The position numbers and the translations under genes were made by a program. A stretch of 62,239 nucleotides of DNA, counting the filler. It is 10 parts of 10 records of this genome, joined end to end, with 100 filler letters (N's around TTAATTAATTAA, not from the genome) between each part and the next. Parts side by side here need not be neighbours in the genome. Positions count along the whole stretch, not along the records: positions 58,062 to 62,239 come from SRR9188676_2020; 9 more parts are not named here. The stretch is one strand, 5' to 3'. Positions within the stretch are counted from its first letter, which is position 1; every line of letters starts with the position of its first letter. The notes beneath the pieces were generated by a model that had not been told where the DNA came from, made no database searches, and saw nothing but the letters and a program-made list of their open reading frames with translations. Below, piece after piece: positions 58,121 through 62,239 of this stretch.

Positions 58121-58625
58121 TCGCATGAAACCTTGACTGTGGAGAGGAAAAGGACATCATCCGTCCGTCACATCACACCAGACGCCCGTCACACCCGTCA
58201 CGCCACAACGAAAGAAGTACCATGCAAAGAGGTACAAATCGAAACGGTGGTAAGTGGCATGAATGATGAATGATATGTCGAAAAAAGGGATGAAAGGTAT
58301 CGAAAAAGGTACATAGAGGGGAAATAAAGGATATGAAAGATAGATAAGAAAATGAAAAATAAATGACGGATCAAAAGGCGGAGGGCAGAGAGAAATCCTA
58401 AGCACCACCAATGCCAGACAGAATTGACGTGACAGAAATGGGGACACAAAGGATAGGAAAGGTACATAAAATAAAAAATAAATAAATAATGACGGACCGA
58501 AGGGCAGGAGGCAGAGAGAAGTCCTGAGCACCACCAGTGACAGAGATGAGCAGCTTGGGCTCGCGCACCTCCCAGTAGGCCTCAAAGAGCTTCTTCAGGT
58601 CGTTGGGGTTGGAGGTGTCAGAGAT
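58121..58625 (-). CDS. TRPM-type N-terminal SLOG (LSDAT) domain fragment
   Basis: Exon 58625-58498 ISDTSNPNDLKKLFEAYWEVREPKLLISVTGGAQDFSLPPALR plus 16-nt exon 58136-58121 QGFMR. Confidence 0.75.
58362..58418 (-). pseudogene. Decayed intronic copy of 58488-58544
   Basis: 47/57 identical without gaps; two in-frame stops; donor GT changed to AT. Confidence 0.8.
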
Positions 58626-59232
58626 CTGGCAGATGAGATGCAAAAAAACCGCGAGAGGCAAGGATATGGATAGGATATGAGAATGACGAAATCGAAAGAA
58701 ATACAAGAAAACTGGTGATAAATTGAAAGCGACAAGGGGTAACAGAACATCCGACTGGCTGCATTACAGGATATTGGATTTGCTCTGTCAAAGAAAGGTA
58801 TTTATTGAAGTGAACCGAGTAGGTTATTCTATACCAGATTGCCTACCATCCAAAGTAAACATGATTTTCTTTCGAGAGACAGAAGAATGGGCAAAGATGC
58901 AGATCGAAGGGTTACATAGAGGAAAGAATTAATAGATACAATTATCGAAGCAACATTGAGGTATTGAACCAGCCCAGAAATCACTCAAATCACAGCAATG
59001 GATGAAAGAGCAGAATCAACCAAGAAGAAGTGATGAAGACACACATACATGCGGATATACATCTAGGACGATAGATTACACATATGAGATAACTACCGAA
59101 GCAAAACAAGCGGATATATGGACGAATATATCTATGGCATACACAAACCTCTGGCAAGCGGGCATCATCAAATTTGCGATGATAACCGCAACGCGAAATG
59201 TCCCGAATTTGACTCGAGATACAATGCAATGG

Positions 59233-60166
59233 CTACAATGAGCGTGGCATGTCTGGAAAGAGAAATACACACGTCTCGTTAGAAACATGTGGACGAGAGA
59301 TGATCTCAGGTTGGATAACTCGTGATATTGTAGAAGATACGACTGATTGATAAACGATTCCATTGAGAGTAAAATGATTAAAATGATTAAAGTGGTGAGC
59401 CTGTCCGAGTGTATCCACCAACTCACCCTAGAACAGGTTGACGGCTCTTCATCACTCGAGTGAGGAATGAAGTCAAAATTGATGTAGCTCCAAGATGAAA
59501 ACGAAGTATTTTCCTCTGAGAAGGTCGCAATCGGGGCAAATGTACAGGTTCTTGAGGTCGATGAGGGGTGCACATCAGAGTATATCCTTAGTTGGCCCTC
59601 ATGGAGAAGTCCAAGAAGTGTGATTTCCATATTCTTGTTTATGATAGGATCAAACTTCGGAAAGCGAGCGATTTTCAGGACTTCTTTCCCAAATACGCGT
59701 GAGGTCGATTTCAGTTGATGGACATATTCGATCTGTAAAGTCTCTGGGTCACAGATCTACAGCAGAGATTTTGTTAGTGTACATATGCATAAGGAAGAAA
59801 TGACTTGAATTAACATACTTTTAATTGCTCCATAATCGACTCTAAAGTAGGGAAAATTTAGCGAATCATTCGTGTATGTGATCCGATCGAAGTATTACCC
59901 CCAGTTTGTCATTTCAACTAGAGTGAGAAAAACTGTCCATATACCCCCCAGTGTCATATACACGAGATTGGTTTCGTGCTTTTCCCGCCAGAAGAGGTGG
60001 TTCTCCTCAAAATACTCTCACATGGAAATTAATAATTCGACCATTGACTATGCTCTCCTCCAGCTGACTTGATTCCAGCTTCTTTTGGGTGATTGGTGTA
60101 CAGATCAGTGCTCTCTGATCCGATCGTCCATGAAACCACCAGATCTTGGATAAAATCGATACCATT
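59233..60166 (-). CDS. Hypothetical spliced protein, structure uncertain
   Basis: Open exon about 59756-59427 (ICDPETLQIEYVHQ...TCSR|GTGAGT) with plausible flanking exons; may be separate from, or upstream part of, the SLOG gene. Confidence 0.4.
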
Positions 60167-60887
60167 CACTGTTTATTTCATTCAAACGTTATTCTTTCTC
60201 TTCTTTGAAGTTCTAACCGCCTGATACACAGCACGCGCACTTCAACGGATCAAACGGATCTGGCCTCAAACTCTAACCATGAACGAAGAGGTTCTGAATG
60301 TCGAGACTAGTTTCATTATGACATTCTTCCTATTTTCCCATCTCCAGGAAAACCAGATCAGGAAGATGCAGGAGACAGTGTCGCTGTTCAGTCGCTGTGG
60401 GACCGGAAACCGGAAAAGTTTGCTTTGACGAATCGACCCAACAGGATGGATCAATCATCAGAAACAGTAGATGATATTAAAATGGATATGGAATATGTAT
60501 TTTGTCAGAGTGAAACATGCAGCGACGAAGAGCGCCCTCGAATGAAACTTGACAGATGATCGAACTAAACAAAATGTCAAGTTGGAGGAAAACAATACGA
60601 AAAAGATATTCTCAGTATGTTTGAGCAAAAGTGAAACGAAATACCATTCCAGAAGGTCAGACAAGTGTCGCCAGAAGCACCCATTTCAGTCGAGAGAATA
60701 TAAATCACATCACATCAGTCAAAAACCAGGGGTGGTATAAGAGAAAGTGATTTCGCAAGACTCGTTGGCTTAGGGGGGGTGATGATACGTTCATTTGTCA
60801 AGGATAATTCCTCTCCAAGGAGGAAAATCAGGAAAATCACATCGAGTTTTGGCCATTAAGATGATTTAACATTTAGGCTACTATATT

Positions 60888-61984
60888 ATGGCCACCCTAA
60901 GGTGAGAATCCGGTCCAGTTCTTCCAATTCGACCTCAGAATCAAACCAGATCACTGATCTACTCTTCATTATCTATTATTTTCTTAGGCAAGAGAATTCT
61001 GGCCCTGATAAATCTACAGAACAGCTTACTACTCAAGCATCTAATTCTAAAACCGGCTTCGTACATCATGGATTATCTTACAAAGCTGCCATCTTGAACA
61101 CATCCACCTCAACAAAATCATCCCGATCACAGGCTCAGAAAAACTCGCAAGCAAATCCATCAAATCAAGAACCACGTCAGTCTAATGCTGAAAATTCAAG
61201 TGGGCCTCAAGCCTATGTCTCTGGTGCCCCTCCAGCCTATCAGTATCTTTGGCACCATTGGGATCTTGATAAATATCGAATAGCTCGAGATGAATCCATT
61301 AAAGGTTACTACCTCTCTTCTATTTTTCTTGCTAAAACTGCGATTCAAACGCATTCTCCATCCTTGAAATTCGTGGGAGCTGACATCGATCTCTTTGTTT
61401 ATTCCAGCTGGTGCGAATGGCAAGAAGGATCTCTTTAGATTTCTCTCGTATTTTTTACGGCATGAGTTTGATCGACAATTATATACCGAATTCAAAGAAT
61501 TAGCTGTTGCTGATTCAAAAATTAATGAATGGTACGATTTTCAAGCTCTTTTTGACACCTGAAACCAGTTCCTCGTTCCTGGTTATTTCTGCATGTCTTA
61601 TCGCCCTAGTTCCATGTTATATTTTATTTGTGATCCTCACTTGTTTCTGAAAAGTTGCCTCGCATCGTCATCGTTCCCTTCTTAATTCCGTAGTTCATCC
61701 ATTTTGGTAAATCGAAACCCGCAAATTCATTTTGGTACTATTCTTCATCTTTTCTATTCGGTTTGTGGTCAGTTTGACAGTCATACTCTCTGGAGAACCA
61801 ATTCTTAGTGTTTCCTCCTTTCTTTCTCTCTCTCCTCTCTTTCTCGCGTTTTCTTGCAGGTTCGGTCTGGAAAGATTATTCTGCTTTTATAGTTATGGGC
61901 TGGAACAAGCAACTTTCCCTTCCAAAATTTCTGACGAAATCTTTTCGGATTTCCAAGAATTGGTTCTCTATGACTATGCTCAGA
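60888..61984 (+). CDS. DM15-repeat (LARP1 C-terminal domain) protein, 3' truncated
   Basis: Exons 60888-60901, 60988-61304, 61408-61531, 61860-61984: ...DLFRFLSYFLRHEFDRQLYTEFKELAVADSKINEW|FGLERLFCFYSYGLE...DEIFSDFQELVLYDYAQ, closely matching the LARP1 DM15 pattern. Confidence 0.85.
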
Positions 61985-62239
61985 GTACGTTACTCACTTT
62001 TTGGCTTCGTACTATATTCCATATAGTCGTGAAATAACCGATATTTGAAGCGCCATGTTAGAGTTAAGCCTCATGGAGCGCATTTCAAAATGCTCGGCTT
62101 TCGATATGTCCTACAGATGCCGATCACAAAAATCGAAATGACGCTGTTTGGAGCGTAGCCCGAGAAAAAACCAAAGCGGGATTTTCACGAGAATCATTAT
62201 TATTATTTCCATGTACAAACAGCGGGACGCGTGCGGCAA

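Overview
This window is not one molecule. It is ten contigs joined by nine identical 100-nt artificial linkers (N-run, TTAATTAATTAA, N-run). Contig 1 (1-26174) is an AT-rich, intronless Bacteroidota segment, probably Cytophagales. It carries aldose epimerase, TIGR02757, a LysM protein, kdsB, porX, DUF1028, an ftsE-like ATPase, a TonB receptor, fsa, SRP RNA, an ABC ATPase with an ABC-permease/M1-peptidase fusion, a beta-barrel with a LytS/LytTR pair, and an AraC regulator with an NTF2-like/PQQ-dehydrogenase fusion. Contigs 2-10 (26275-62239) come from an intron-rich microbial eukaryote with GT-AG introns and the standard code; its Ras resembles Dictyostelium RasG, so it may be an amoebozoan. 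Splicing by hand recovered GTP cyclohydrolase II, Ras, a HIRIP3-like chaperone, D2HGDH, a DUF2608-like HAD protein, an FKBP-TPR protein, calmodulin, a MIT protein, ubiquitin, a RanBP2-ZnF/chromodomain protein, a TRPM-type SLOG fragment and a DM15 (LARP1-type) protein. I found no complete, clearly new multi-gene system. The best leads are an apparently La-less DM15 protein, an intron-bearing DUF2608-like gene, the TRPM-like gene with a micro-exon and a C-to-T-decayed intronic copy of its own exon, an abrupt exon-level GC3 jump, and period-7 intergenic arrays in the bacterium. All family assignments are from recalled motifs, not database searches.
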